In this document: one piece after another, positions 9,443 through 20,600 of the stretch
How the letters are laid out: each line of letters begins with the position of its first letter
Numbering within the stretch: the first letter of the stretch is position 1
NCBI GenBank assembly: GCA_944390975.1
Contig: CALXRX010000006.1
Span: forward strand, 14,312-78,311
Reading direction: 5' to 3'
DNA: 64,000 nucleotides
Origin: an uncultured Clostridia bacterium
Lineage (GTDB): Bacteria > Bacillota > Clostridia > TANB77 > CAG-508
Program-made: the position numbers and the translations under genes
The notes under the pieces: generated by a model
Told to the model about the DNA's origin: nothing
The model's input: only the letters and a program-made list of their open reading frames with translations
Databases searched by the model: none

Positions 9443-10772
9443 TTAATACTTAAATCTATAAGGAGAATAATAATTGTAATTATTTTTTTTAGAATTCTTC
9501 TTTCTTTTCTTTTTCTTCTTTTTCTTAGAATTCATCAAATTCAAAATAAATTTTAATATAAATAGAGCAAAAACAACTATTATAATCTTTACAATTATAG
9601 AAAAAATAGAATTTGCTTCAATATCTTGACCAGCAATTAAATTTGTAGTATAGTTAATACCGTAAAACAGTATAAGAAACTTTACCAACAACACTTCCCT
9701 TTGTAATAGGAGCTTTAAGATTATTTAATTCTACATCTGGTACAATTTCAGTATCATAACTAGACTGTTCTATAAGAGCATTAATATCATTTTCAAAAAG
9801 CACATTTAAATTCTTAGTTTCATTACTTGCATTACTAGGAGTAACAACTTTATAAACACCATCTTTTTTAGTTAAATTCTTATAAGTATAATTCTCAAAT
9901 CCAAAATCAAATAAAGTAGTACAATCTTTAAATTTATTAGAATCAGTAGTGTTTTCAGCGCCCATAATAACACAAATTAATTCTAAATCATCCTTTTTAG
10001 CACTAGCAACAATACAATTTTTAGCAGCATCAGTATAACCAGTTTTTATTCCAGTGGCATATTCGTAATATTGTTTATTTTTTTCATTAATAAGACTATT
10101 TGTATTTAAAAATACTCTATCAGCTTTATCATACTTATTAGTTACAGGCAAAGTATACGTAACAGTATTAACAAAACGTCTAAAATCTTCATTCTGCATT
10201 GCATATCTACCCATAAGAGCTAAATCATAAGCAGTAGAATAATGATTTTCATCATGAACACCATTAGAATTAACAAAATTTGTATCTTTACAACCAAGTT
10301 CAACAGCTTTAGTATTCATCATACTAGCAAAGCTTTCTACAGATCCACCAATATCTTCTGCTATTACATTTGCAGCATCATTAGCAGATGGAATCATCAA
10401 AACATTTAATAATTGTTCCATAGTTAATTCTTCATCAAGTTGTAAATTTGCATTAGTATATCCAACAGGAACACTAAAAATAGCATCATAACTTACTTTT
10501 GCAACATGTGAAAGATCTCTATTTTCTAAAGCTAGAATAGCAGTCATAATCTTTGTGGTACTTGCAGGATACATTCTGTCATAAGCATTTTTTTCATAAA
10601 GTATTTTACCAGTATTAGAATCCATTAAAAGAGCAACAGGTGCATCAATTTTTAATTCATCCGTACTAACACTAGATGCAAAGCTATTTGTAATTGGAAG
10701 AAAAAATACAAATAAAAGTAAACATATTAAAAATCTAAAATAATTTTTTGACTTCATTAAAAAACCCCTCAA
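9443..10772 (-). CDS. D-alanyl-D-alanine carboxypeptidase (PBP5/DacB-like), requires +1 shift at CGG 9662-9660
   Basis: Signal peptide, SxxK (ASTTK) and SGN-like (SNG) motifs. The 372-aa ORF ends ...KVSYTVL-CGG-TAT-TAA. Skipping the C continues GINYTTNLIAGQDIEANSIFSIIVKIIIVVF..., the expected C-terminal beta domain plus membrane anchor (the 9443..9694 ORF). Confidence 0.8.
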
Positions 10773-10862
10773 TTATAAAATAATATTAATATATTACAAT
10801 AAATAGTACAAAAATTCAATGTATGTAACAAAAATTTAATAATAAAAAGTTAAAATTATATA

Positions 10863-10992
10863 CTATAAGTACTTAATTGATAGGTGATTGTATATAAATA
10901 TTTTGAACAGTCGCCATTCCCCAATGAAACTGTATAAAATGTTTACACATTTCAACAGTTTCTATTGGCTCCCACTTATCAATATTATATAA
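10863..10992 (+). repeat. Partial composite repeat (arm plus inner palindromic module, copy R3)
   Basis: ctataagtacttaattgatag...gtatataaatattttgaacagtcgccattccccaatgaaactgtataaaatgtttacacat... is shared with 16394, 54464 and 57751. Confidence 0.75.
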
Positions 10993-11062
10993 AAATAACA
11001 AAATTATAGGTTTATAGGTTAAACCATAAAAACCTAAATATATATATAACAAGGAGAAAGCA

Positions 11063-11708
11063 ATGATTAATTTAAGTAAAAAACAATTAATAATATTAAT
11101 AGCAATAGGTGTAATAATAATATCTGTAATAGGAGTATATATTTACACACAAATGTCACGGAGAAGATTATGAACAATTGGAAATAATAAGTGAACAAGA
11201 AACCCAAGAAAACGAGAAAAATGTGGAAAACGAAGAAGAAAATGAAATAGTAGTACATATAGCAGGGGAAGTAAAAAAGCCAGGGATAGTACGCATAAAA
11301 GAAGGTGCAAGAATTGCAGATGTAATAGAACAAGCAGAAGGGCTAACAGAATTTGCAAATATATCAAATATAAATTTAGCATACATAGTAGAAGATGGAC
11401 AAAAAATAATAATACCAAAACAAGGAGAAATACAAGATAATGAAGAATACATATCTAGTGATAGTGGAGAAGGAATAATACAAGAAAATGAGCAAAATGA
11501 AAATTCTAAAGACGAAAAAATAAACATCAATAAAGCAAGTGTAGAAGAATTACAACAATTAGATGGAATAGGCCAAGCAACAGCATCCAAAATTATACAA
11601 TATAGGGAAGAAAATGGAGAATTTAAACAAATAGAAGACTTAAAAAACGTATCAGGCATAGGTGATGCAAAATTTAGTGCAATAAAAGATAAAATAAAAG
11701 TAAAGTAA
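11063..11708 (+). CDS. comEA: ComEA-type DNA receptor (TM anchor, SLBB, helix-hairpin-helix), requires +1 shift at CGG 11159-11161
   Basis: The ATG at 11063 gives the TM anchor MINLSKKQLIILIAIGVIIISVIGVYIYTQMS, then CGG. The +1 frame continues GEDYEQLEIISEQ... into the 11178..11708 ORF, which ends with the HhH pair (VEELQQLDGIGQATASKII...LKNVSGIGDAKFSAIKD). Confidence 0.75.
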
Positions 11709-11711
11709 AAT

Positions 11712-11737
11712 AAAAAAAGAGGCTAAAAGCCTCTAAA
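11712..11737. terminator. Hairpin terminator shared by comEA (+) and the tRNA (-)
   Basis: agaggct aaa agcctct, with an A-run on the + side that becomes a T-run on the - strand. Confidence 0.6.
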
Positions 11738-11738
11738 T

Positions 11739-11814
11739 TGGTTGCGAGGGGTAGACTCGAACTACCGACCTTTGGGTTATGAGCCCAACGAGCTGCCAAC
11801 TGCTCCACCTCGCG
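11739..11814 (-). tRNA. Initiator tRNA-fMet (anticodon CAT)
   Basis: 76-nt cloverleaf CGCGAGG..GAGC..GCTC..TTGGG-CTCATAA-CCCAA..GGTAG-TTCGAGT-CTACC-CCTCGCA-A-CCA. It has the C1:A72 mismatch and three G:C pairs closing the anticodon stem, both initiator hallmarks. Confidence 0.9.
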
Positions 11815-11826
11815 ATGTACATAAAT

Positions 11827-11855
11827 AGTATAGTATCTTTTTTATATATTGTCAA
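11827..11855 (-). promoter_or_regulatory. Consensus sigma-A promoter for the initiator tRNA
   Basis: On the - strand: TTGACA, 17 nt, TATACT, about 12 nt upstream of the tRNA 5' end. Confidence 0.55.
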
Positions 11856-11978
11856 GGTTTTAGAAAAAAATATTGAAATTTTTAATAATGTATTGTATAT
11901 TTAAAAAGAAAAGGATAATATATAGTATATGTAAAAAATAAAAAAATATTACAAAACCATTATAGGGGAGGAAAAAAT

Positions 11979-12677
11979 ATGGAGTTTTATGCTAATGAAG
12001 GAAAAAATGTAGAAATAGAAGTAAATGGACAAACATATTTAAGACATGCTATAAAAACAAGATTTATAAAACAAGGGGAATCATATATAGATGTATTTAA
12101 AGAATATGTATTACCAATATATCAAGAAGGAGATATCATTTCAAGTAGTGAAAAAATAATTGCATTATGCCAAAATAGAATAATAAAAAGAGAAGATATA
12201 AAAATTGGATTTTGGGCAAAATTTTTATCAAAATTTGCATCACATCCAACAACAGGAGTAGGAGTGGGAGAAACAATAAAAATGCAATATGCAATAAATA
12301 CAGTAGGACTTTTAAAAGTATTATGGGCTAGTATAGCAAGTGCAATAACTAAGCTATTTGGAAAAAAAGGTGTATTTTATGAAATAGTTGGACAAGAAGT
12401 AAGTGGGTTAGATGGTTTTTATGACCATGTATGGAAAGAATATGGAGACATAGGAATACAATTACCAGAAAACCCAACAAAAGTATGTAATGAAATAAAA
12501 AATGAACTAGGAATATCATGTATGATAGTAGATGCAAATGACTTAGGACAAGAAGTTTTAGGGCATTCAGATGATATACAGCTAACAGAAGAAGAACTAA
12601 AAGGATTAATAAAAGATAATCCATCAGGTCAAGGAAAAGAATTAACACCATTAATTTTAATTAGAAAAAAACAATAG
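11979..12677 (+). CDS. CofE-like (F420-0:gamma-glutamyl ligase family) protein
   Basis: 232 aa. The N-terminal pattern ...YLRHAIKTRFIKQGESYIDV...GDIISSSEKIIALCQNRII resembles CofE-family proteins of Clostridia. The assignment is from memory only. Confidence 0.5.
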   Translation: MEFYANEGKNVEIEVNGQTYLRHAIKTRFIKQGESYIDVFKEYVLPIYQEGDIISSSEKIIALCQNRIIKREDIKIGFWAKFLSKFASHPTTGVGVGETIKMQYAINTVGLLKVLWASIASAITKLFGKKGVFYEIVGQEVSGLDGFYDHVWKEYGDIGIQLPENPTKVCNEIKNELGISCMIVDANDLGQEVLGHSDDIQLTEEELKGLIKDNPSGQGKELTPLILIRKKQ

Positions 12678-12798
12678 AAGTAGAATTTAAATAGAAGTGA
12701 AATATAGTTCACTTCTATTATTTTACCCGCAAAAAAACACCCAGTCAATGTGAAACAAATCCACTTTTGCTAGGTGTATAGCTTATATAAAAACATAC

Positions 12799-13323
12799 TT
12801 AAGTAGTTTTTTTTAGATTATCTTCAAACTCTTCCCAAGATTTACTAAAAACATGATTGGCAAAAGCTTCTTTTAATCCACTAATTTGTTTTAATCTAAT
12901 AATTTCATCTAATTCCATACCTAAATGTTTAGAAATTTGTTTATCAGTCCAACCACTATTACTTAAATCAATAACAATTTTAGACATATCAATAATTTGA
13001 TGAGTACCTCTAGCACGGTTATGTCTAATAGTACTAGCCATTCTATTACTCAAATCCTTATCAATAGTAACAACAGGTATTTGCTTTAAATGAAAATATT
13101 CTTTAGCACATCTGTAACGGTGAAATCCATCAACAACTATATATGTATCCTTTTCTTTATCATAATAAGTAACAATAGGTTGAGTATATCCATCTTCTTC
13201 AATAGAATGTTTTAATAATTTCATTTCAGGAGGTGCTACTTTATTTGGGTTATAGTCATTTGCAATTACTTTATCAATATCAACCATCTTGACATTTAAA
13301 ACAGGAAATTGTATTTCAGCCAC
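12799..13323 (-). CDS. IbrB-like ParB/sulfiredoxin-domain protein
   Basis: 174 aa with a ParB-like nuclease-domain core (DYNPNKV...LKHSIEEDGYTQPIV...VVDGFHRYRC). The GTG start overlaps the upstream stop by 1 nt. Confidence 0.75.
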   Translation of the reverse strand: MAEIQFPVLNVKMVDIDKVIANDYNPNKVAPPEMKLLKHSIEEDGYTQPIVTYYDKEKDTYIVVDGFHRYRCAKEYFHLKQIPVVTIDKDLSNRMASTIRHNRARGTHQIIDMSKIVIDLSNSGWTDKQISKHLGMELDEIIRLKQISGLKEAFANHVFSKSWEEFEDNLKKTT

Positions 13324-13694
13324 TAATTATCACCTCTAATCATAATAAAATGCTTATAATTTTCTAAAGTATCAATCTTTAGTCCACATTCAACATAAAT
13401 GTTTTCATATATTTTAGTAACAATGCTTGGTTGTAAAACAATATCCTTTTTCACATCAAGAATAAGAGTTTTTAAAGAAGCATCATTAGATGAATAAATA
13501 TTTTTAATAACTCCATCACAAATTGAAAGAAAAGCACAAACTTTATTATTTTGATCTAAATAAATATACCAAACTTTATTATTGTCATCATAAATTCGGT
13601 CTTTAGTTTCAGTTTGTACAATTCTGGAACCAAAGAATTTACCCATATAAGAATAAAAATCATTATCCTTATTGGTCATCTTCAAAATCATCAT
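13323..13694 (-). CDS. Hypothetical 123-aa protein inside the IbrA/IbrB-like cassette
   Basis: The ORF overlaps both neighbours, which suggests translational coupling. No family was recognised. Confidence 0.5.
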   Translation of the reverse strand: MMILKMTNKDNDFYSYMGKFFGSRIVQTETKDRIYDDNNKVWYIYLDQNNKVCAFLSICDGVIKNIYSSNDASLKTLILDVKKDIVLQPSIVTKIYENIYVECGLKIDTLENYKHFIMIRGDN

Positions 13695-14979
13695 CTATCA
13701 CCTCTCTTTCTATAAAATTCATTAAATCTTTATCATCAGAAATGGTATTTTTATTTAATAAATTATCCCATTTATGAATTAACCTTTTCAATTCTTCGTC
13801 ATCTGTTTTAGTCTGAGTAAAACATAAACGTTTCATATAAAAATCATTTTTTTCAATAGCCCTTGCAATTCTTCGCCAAGAAATAACCTTTTTTCTAGTT
13901 TCCAATTTTGCATCAGCAGTATCTGGAATATCGCGTATATCAATATTATCACGTTTTTTATACCAATAAATAAACTTCTTAATTTTTCTATAATAATGTA
14001 ACATCAAATCACTATTATAAATACCAATACTCTCCAATAAAAATACAGTATATTCCATCCAAGTCATAAAATCAGGTTTACAAGACCTCAAATTACCAAG
14101 AGCAGTAGTTCTACAATATATATTACCAAAGTTAACACCATTAACTCTATTTACTACTTTTTCCCAAGTATCATACTCTAAAGCCTTAAATTGGTCTAAT
14201 CCATTTTTTTGATCATCGCCGTAAGGTTGACACAAACGTTGTTCATGAATACTTAATCCATTTTTATACATAAGTTCATAAACTTGATTATACATTAAAT
14301 CAAACTTACTAACAGCCCCCCAAATATCTTCAGTTTTCCAATCATATATAGGATAAAAATTGTAAACATCAATATATTTATCATTAAATCTAATTTTAGT
14401 AGTCCATCTTTTATTATCATACATAATTTTACCATCAAAAGCTATAGTCCTAAAACGATTTAAACTCTCATCTGACCTAATACCTATTCCGCAAGCAACA
14501 TTACCGCCATACCTTCTTTGGTACCAATCAGCAAACTGAATAATAAACTCCTCAAACTCTTCGCCTTTTCTAAACCACCTAAAAGGACAATTTTTAATAT
14601 TAATACTATCTTTAGGAAGATCTCTAACCCATAAATCCTTACTCTCTTCCTCCCAACAAATCCATTTAGGTTGTAAAATAGAAACAGCATTTCTAAGAGC
14701 CATAGGTAAAGCTACATGATAAAAATTTCTAATTTGAGACAACTTCTTTAATTCATAAACATGCTCAATTGTAAGCCTGTATTGTGCCTCAAAATCAATA
14801 TATAAAACATCAAATTTTCTATTTTTCTTTTTAGCCACCATATTAGCCAATTGTACCATAACTGAACTATCTTTTCCACCACTAACACTAAAGTATATAT
14901 TTTCAAAATGATCAAAAATATATTCTAAACGTTCAAAAGTAGCATCTAACACATTTTTTTCTAAATATATTTTTGGCAA
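13669..14979 (-). CDS. IbrA-like PAPS-reductase/PP-loop family protein
   Basis: 436 aa. PP-loop SVSGGKDSSV and a long C-terminal extension, as in IbrA (PAPS reductase plus DUF3440). TTG start with GAAGGTG RBS, 25 nt after the purA stop. Confidence 0.8.
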   Translation of the reverse strand: MPKIYLEKNVLDATFERLEYIFDHFENIYFSVSGGKDSSVMVQLANMVAKKKNRKFDVLYIDFEAQYRLTIEHVYELKKLSQIRNFYHVALPMALRNAVSILQPKWICWEEESKDLWVRDLPKDSINIKNCPFRWFRKGEEFEEFIIQFADWYQRRYGGNVACGIGIRSDESLNRFRTIAFDGKIMYDNKRWTTKIRFNDKYIDVYNFYPIYDWKTEDIWGAVSKFDLMYNQVYELMYKNGLSIHEQRLCQPYGDDQKNGLDQFKALEYDTWEKVVNRVNGVNFGNIYCRTTALGNLRSCKPDFMTWMEYTVFLLESIGIYNSDLMLHYYRKIKKFIYWYKKRDNIDIRDIPDTADAKLETRKKVISWRRIARAIEKNDFYMKRLCFTQTKTDDEELKRLIHKWDNLLNKNTISDDKDLMNFIEREVIDDDFEDDQ

Positions 14980-15004
14980 AATTTACACCTTCTTAAAAAT
15001 TATA

Positions 15005-16297
<1,293 letters not shown>

Positions 16298-16393
16298 TTA
16301 TAATAAAACAAATTATTACATACTAATTATTATATAAATGTAAAAAAAAGTCAATAAATGTAGAACTTATTTTTATAATAATAGTTAAAATTC

Positions 16394-16597
16394 AGTTACT
16401 GTTCAGTCTATAAGTAGTTAATAGATAGATAAATGTATATAAATATTGAAGAACGATGAGGAGCCATAAGTGGGGACCAATAGAAACTGTTAAAATGTGC
16501 AAACATTTTATACAGTTTCATTGGGGAATGGCGACTGTTCAAAATATTTATATACATTTATCTATCTATTAAAAAAATATAATAGAATGAACTTTAA
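16394..16597 (-). repeat. Full composite (nested) MITE-like repeat, copy R4, inverted relative to copy R7
   Basis: Outer arms gttactgttcagtctataagtagttaatagatagataa... and ...ttatctatctattaaaaaaatataatagaatgaactttaac enclose the roughly 150-nt inner palindromic module. Confidence 0.8.
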
Positions 16598-16710
16598 CTA
16601 ATAATATAAATAAATTTAAGATAAAACACAATAAAAAGTATAACAACAAACAAAAAATAGAATTATGGTAACAATAAAAATTAAAAGTCAAATAAAATAC
16701 ACCAAAAGTA

Positions 16711-16739
16711 TTGACATATTAATACTTTATAAATATAAT
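16711..16739 (+). promoter_or_regulatory. Consensus sigma-A promoter upstream of sigH
   Basis: TTGACA (16711-16716), exactly 17 nt, TATAAT (16734-16739). Confidence 0.6.
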
Positions 16740-16778
16740 ACACTTAAAATGTAGCAATCTAGGAGGTAAACATATTAT

Positions 16779-17429
16779 ATGGCAGAACTTAATACTCTAA
16801 ACAACCAATATGTTAATATGTCAGACGAAAAAATAATTGAAATTATACAAAATGGAGACAATACAGCACTAAATTATATGATGAATAAATATAACGATTT
16901 AGTAAATATAAAAGCAAGCAAATTCTATATGGTAGGTGCTGAAAAAGAAGACGTAATACAAGAAGGACTAATAGGACTATACAAAGCAACAAAATCATTT
17001 GACATTCAAAAACAAAATTCATTTAAAACATTTGCTAACTTATGTATAGAAAGGCAATTAATAACCGCATTAAAAACATCCAACAGGCAAAAAAACATAC
17101 CATTAAACTCAGCCTTTTCATTAAACTCAGCAGCATATGATGACGATGATGATGTTGCAGTTATGGAAGTATTAGACACAAAAACAGCAGAAGATCCATT
17201 AGACACAATAACCAAAAAAGAATACTATAATCTAATAGAAAATAAAATAGATGAAAGCTTAAGCGACTTTGAAAGACAAGTCCTACATCATTATAAGCAA
17301 GGAAAATCCTATGCAGACATTGCACAAAAATTAAACAGCAAAGTAAAATCAATAGATACAGCAATACAAAGAATAAGAAAAAAAGCAAATAAAATAAGAA
17401 ACAATATAGAAACAGAGGAAAATAAGTAA
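16779..17429 (+). CDS. sigH: RNA polymerase sigma factor SigH
   Basis: 216 aa. SigH-type region 2 (EDVIQEGLIGLYKATKSFD) and region 4 (SYADIAQKLN.KVKSIDTAIQRIRKK). Confidence 0.85.
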   Translation: MAELNTLNNQYVNMSDEKIIEIIQNGDNTALNYMMNKYNDLVNIKASKFYMVGAEKEDVIQEGLIGLYKATKSFDIQKQNSFKTFANLCIERQLITALKTSNRQKNIPLNSAFSLNSAAYDDDDDVAVMEVLDTKTAEDPLDTITKKEYYNLIENKIDESLSDFERQVLHHYKQGKSYADIAQKLNSKVKSIDTAIQRIRKKANKIRNNIETEENK

Positions 17430-17455
17430 AATTATTTTCCTCTGTTTCTATATTT
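17409..17455 (+). terminator. sigH terminator
   Basis: 15-bp stem gaaacagaggaaaat/attttcctctgtttc spanning the stop codon, followed by a T-rich tail. Confidence 0.7.
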
Positions 17456-17672
17456 ATATAAAACCTAAAAACCTAAAGAATTACTAGAAAAATAGCATAT
17501 TTATATCAAAAATTTAACATAAATGTCAACTAAATGTAAAAAAAGGCGAAATATGTATACCCGTAAAGCAAAAAGGCAAATTAGAAAAAAGAAGGAAAAT
17601 ATTGCTATTTACTATATAAACACAAGTTTATATAATAAATATAATAATACATTTTATTTGAAAGGAAAATAA

Positions 17673-20600
17673 ATGAAAAAGATAATTGCTAGTTTCCTAA
17701 TTATTTTAATACTAATTACAACACTACCAATAGCACCTATTAGCTTAGCTGTGTCTGAACAAATAGAAAAAATAACACAAATAGCAGCTGAAGAAAAAGT
17801 AGGTGTTTCAACCATTGACTTAACAGGATTAGCAATGGGAAGCGAAGCAAGTCATACCCATATTTATGAAAAAAAGTATGATTCAACAGCACATTGGGAT
17901 CAATGTTGGATATGCCAAAATACAATAAACAGACAATCACATAATATAACAAGAACAGAGTATACATGGGGATATGCAACATGTTATCCAGGAAATACTT
18001 ATACATATTATTGTGAAGATGGGTGTGGTTATAGCCAAACGACCAAAGATCCATGTGTTAGCAACAACAAATATGTAAATGTTGAACTAAGATATTTGCA
18101 TCATACAAATTGTACACAATGTGGAGTGTGGATGAACAATCAAGGTTGTGTAGATTCAAGTGGAAAAAGACTAAACTGTCAAAACTTAGGAACATGCGTT
18201 ATATGTGGGCATACATACACAGAAGCAATACACCATGTCCCAGAAAATGGTAAATGTGAATTTTGTAATCAACAATTTGTAGAACTAGTAAGTAAATCAG
18301 TAAAATATGCATCAGATAGTAGTTATGCAATATTAGAATGGAGACTAAGAGGAATAAATGGTGGAGAATTAACAGGACAAATGGGTTTTTATAGCCCAAC
18401 ACCAGCCAAAAGTAAAACATTAACAGTTATAAAAAATGGAACAAACGATTATACATATCAATATAAAATCACATTTTCAAGTGATGTACAAGATGTAGTA
18501 ACAGCTAACATTGATACAGATAATGCATTAAAAATAAATGGTAAAAAAGTACACTTTGGTGGTTGGGAACAATCAGCATATTATGACCACAAAGCACCAA
18601 CAGCTGTATCAATTAAAGCAGCGGGAAATGGAACATCAGGAAACTACAGTACAAAAGCAACAATTACAGCAACAGTAAGTGAAGACTTTAGTGACATAGT
18701 AGAAATGAGATTATTAGATACAAATGGATCAACAGTATTATCAGATTGGGGAACAGCATCAAAATCATCTAATAATTATACAAGAGTATTTGACATAATA
18801 GCTGAAATAAGACAATCATCTACACTATATGTTCAATCAAGAGATAGAATGGGAAATGTAACAACACAACCAGTAAATGTACAATACATAGATGCAAAAG
18901 CACCAATATTAACAGGACAAACAGGAAACAATACCACATGGGTACGTACAAAACAAATAACCTATACAGCAACAGATAAAGGAGTAGGACAAGTACAAAT
19001 AGCATTTAACAATCAAAATGATTTTCAATTAGCAAATCAAAGTGGAGATGCATATACAAGAACATACAACTTTGTAGGAGACGTATATGGGCAAGTAACA
19101 GCAGCATTATACCTAAAAGATGGATTAGGAAACATTAGAACAGAAAAAATAACAATAAGCAATATAGATAATACAGCACCAACAATTACAGGAATATCAC
19201 AAGCTGCATCAAGCGATAAAAAAAGTATAAATATAAGTGTAACTGCAAACGATATAAATCAAAATTTAGGCAAATCTGGATCAGGAGTATCAGAATATGC
19301 AATAACCACAACTAATACAGCACCAAGTAGTTTTCAAACAAGTAACACACTAACAGTAAGTAAGAATGGAATATATTATGTGTGGGTTAGAGATGCAGCA
19401 GGAAACATATCAAGTGCAAAACAAATACTAGTAAAAGATATAGAAATAGATATAACAGGGAATATTACATGGAATGACCAAAACAACAAATATTCATCAA
19501 GAGCAAAAACAAAATTAAGTTTGTATAGAAATATAGATAATGGAGCAAATGAACTAGTACAAACACAAGAAATAGCTGCAGGACAAACAAGCTATAAATT
19601 CCAAGCAAGAGAAGTAAACGACCAAGGAAAAGTATACAACTATACAGTACAACAAGATATAGTAGATGGATATGAAACAACATATGACAAATTAAATATA
19701 ACAAACACATTAATATTACCTACATACACAAGTAATGTAGAGTATAAATTAATAGATGCATTCCAAGATAAATTTCTAAAAAATACAAAAGTAGAAATAG
19801 CAGCACAAATACAAGCAGATGAAAACAATAGAGAAAAAATAGGCTTAAATAATACACAAGCAGTATTAAACATAGACTTAGGAGTAAAAATTGATAAAAA
19901 CAATATAGAAGTTAAATACATAGATGGGCAAACAGGCAAAGAAACAGAAATTTTAGACTTCATGATAAGACAAAACACAATAACAATAGACTATGGAACA
20001 ACAAATAGTAAAGTAACAAAAGCAGGAGATAAACTTATAGTAAAAGTAAATGGAGTGCTAAACGAAATAAAAGACTATAACACAAACATAATACTAACAG
20101 GAAACTTAACAGATTACAGAGGAAAAAATACAAGTATAAACCTAGGAGAAGTAACCAAAGCTGAACAAAACTTCAAAGTAGAATATCAAAAACCACAAGC
20201 AAACATACAATTACAAAAAACAGACAGTATTACAGAAGAAAATATAAATGATGCAACATTCACCTTATATGAATGGGATGGAACAAAATATGTAGAAAAA
20301 GAAACCTTAGTAGACACTGATAAAGACGGAATATATGTATCAAACTATTATGAATGGAATCCAGTTACACAAGGAAAATACAAAATAGTAGAAACAGGAA
20401 TACCATTATACTATAACAACTTACAATTTAATATGGAATATGTAATAAACCAATTAGATACAAAAAACTATACAATAACACCAGAATACAGCAATGGAAA
20501 TTATAAAATAGCATATAGCAAAAGAAATCCAGACGATTTTGATAGTAAAGATGGTGTAGTAGAAAATGAGCCATACAAATTAAATGTAAAAATAAATAAT

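Noticed and set aside
9443-9694. An 83-aa Lys-rich ORF considered as an independent gene.
   Set aside because: It has no RBS or ATG of its own at a sensible position. It continues the DD-carboxypeptidase C-terminal domain after the CGG site.
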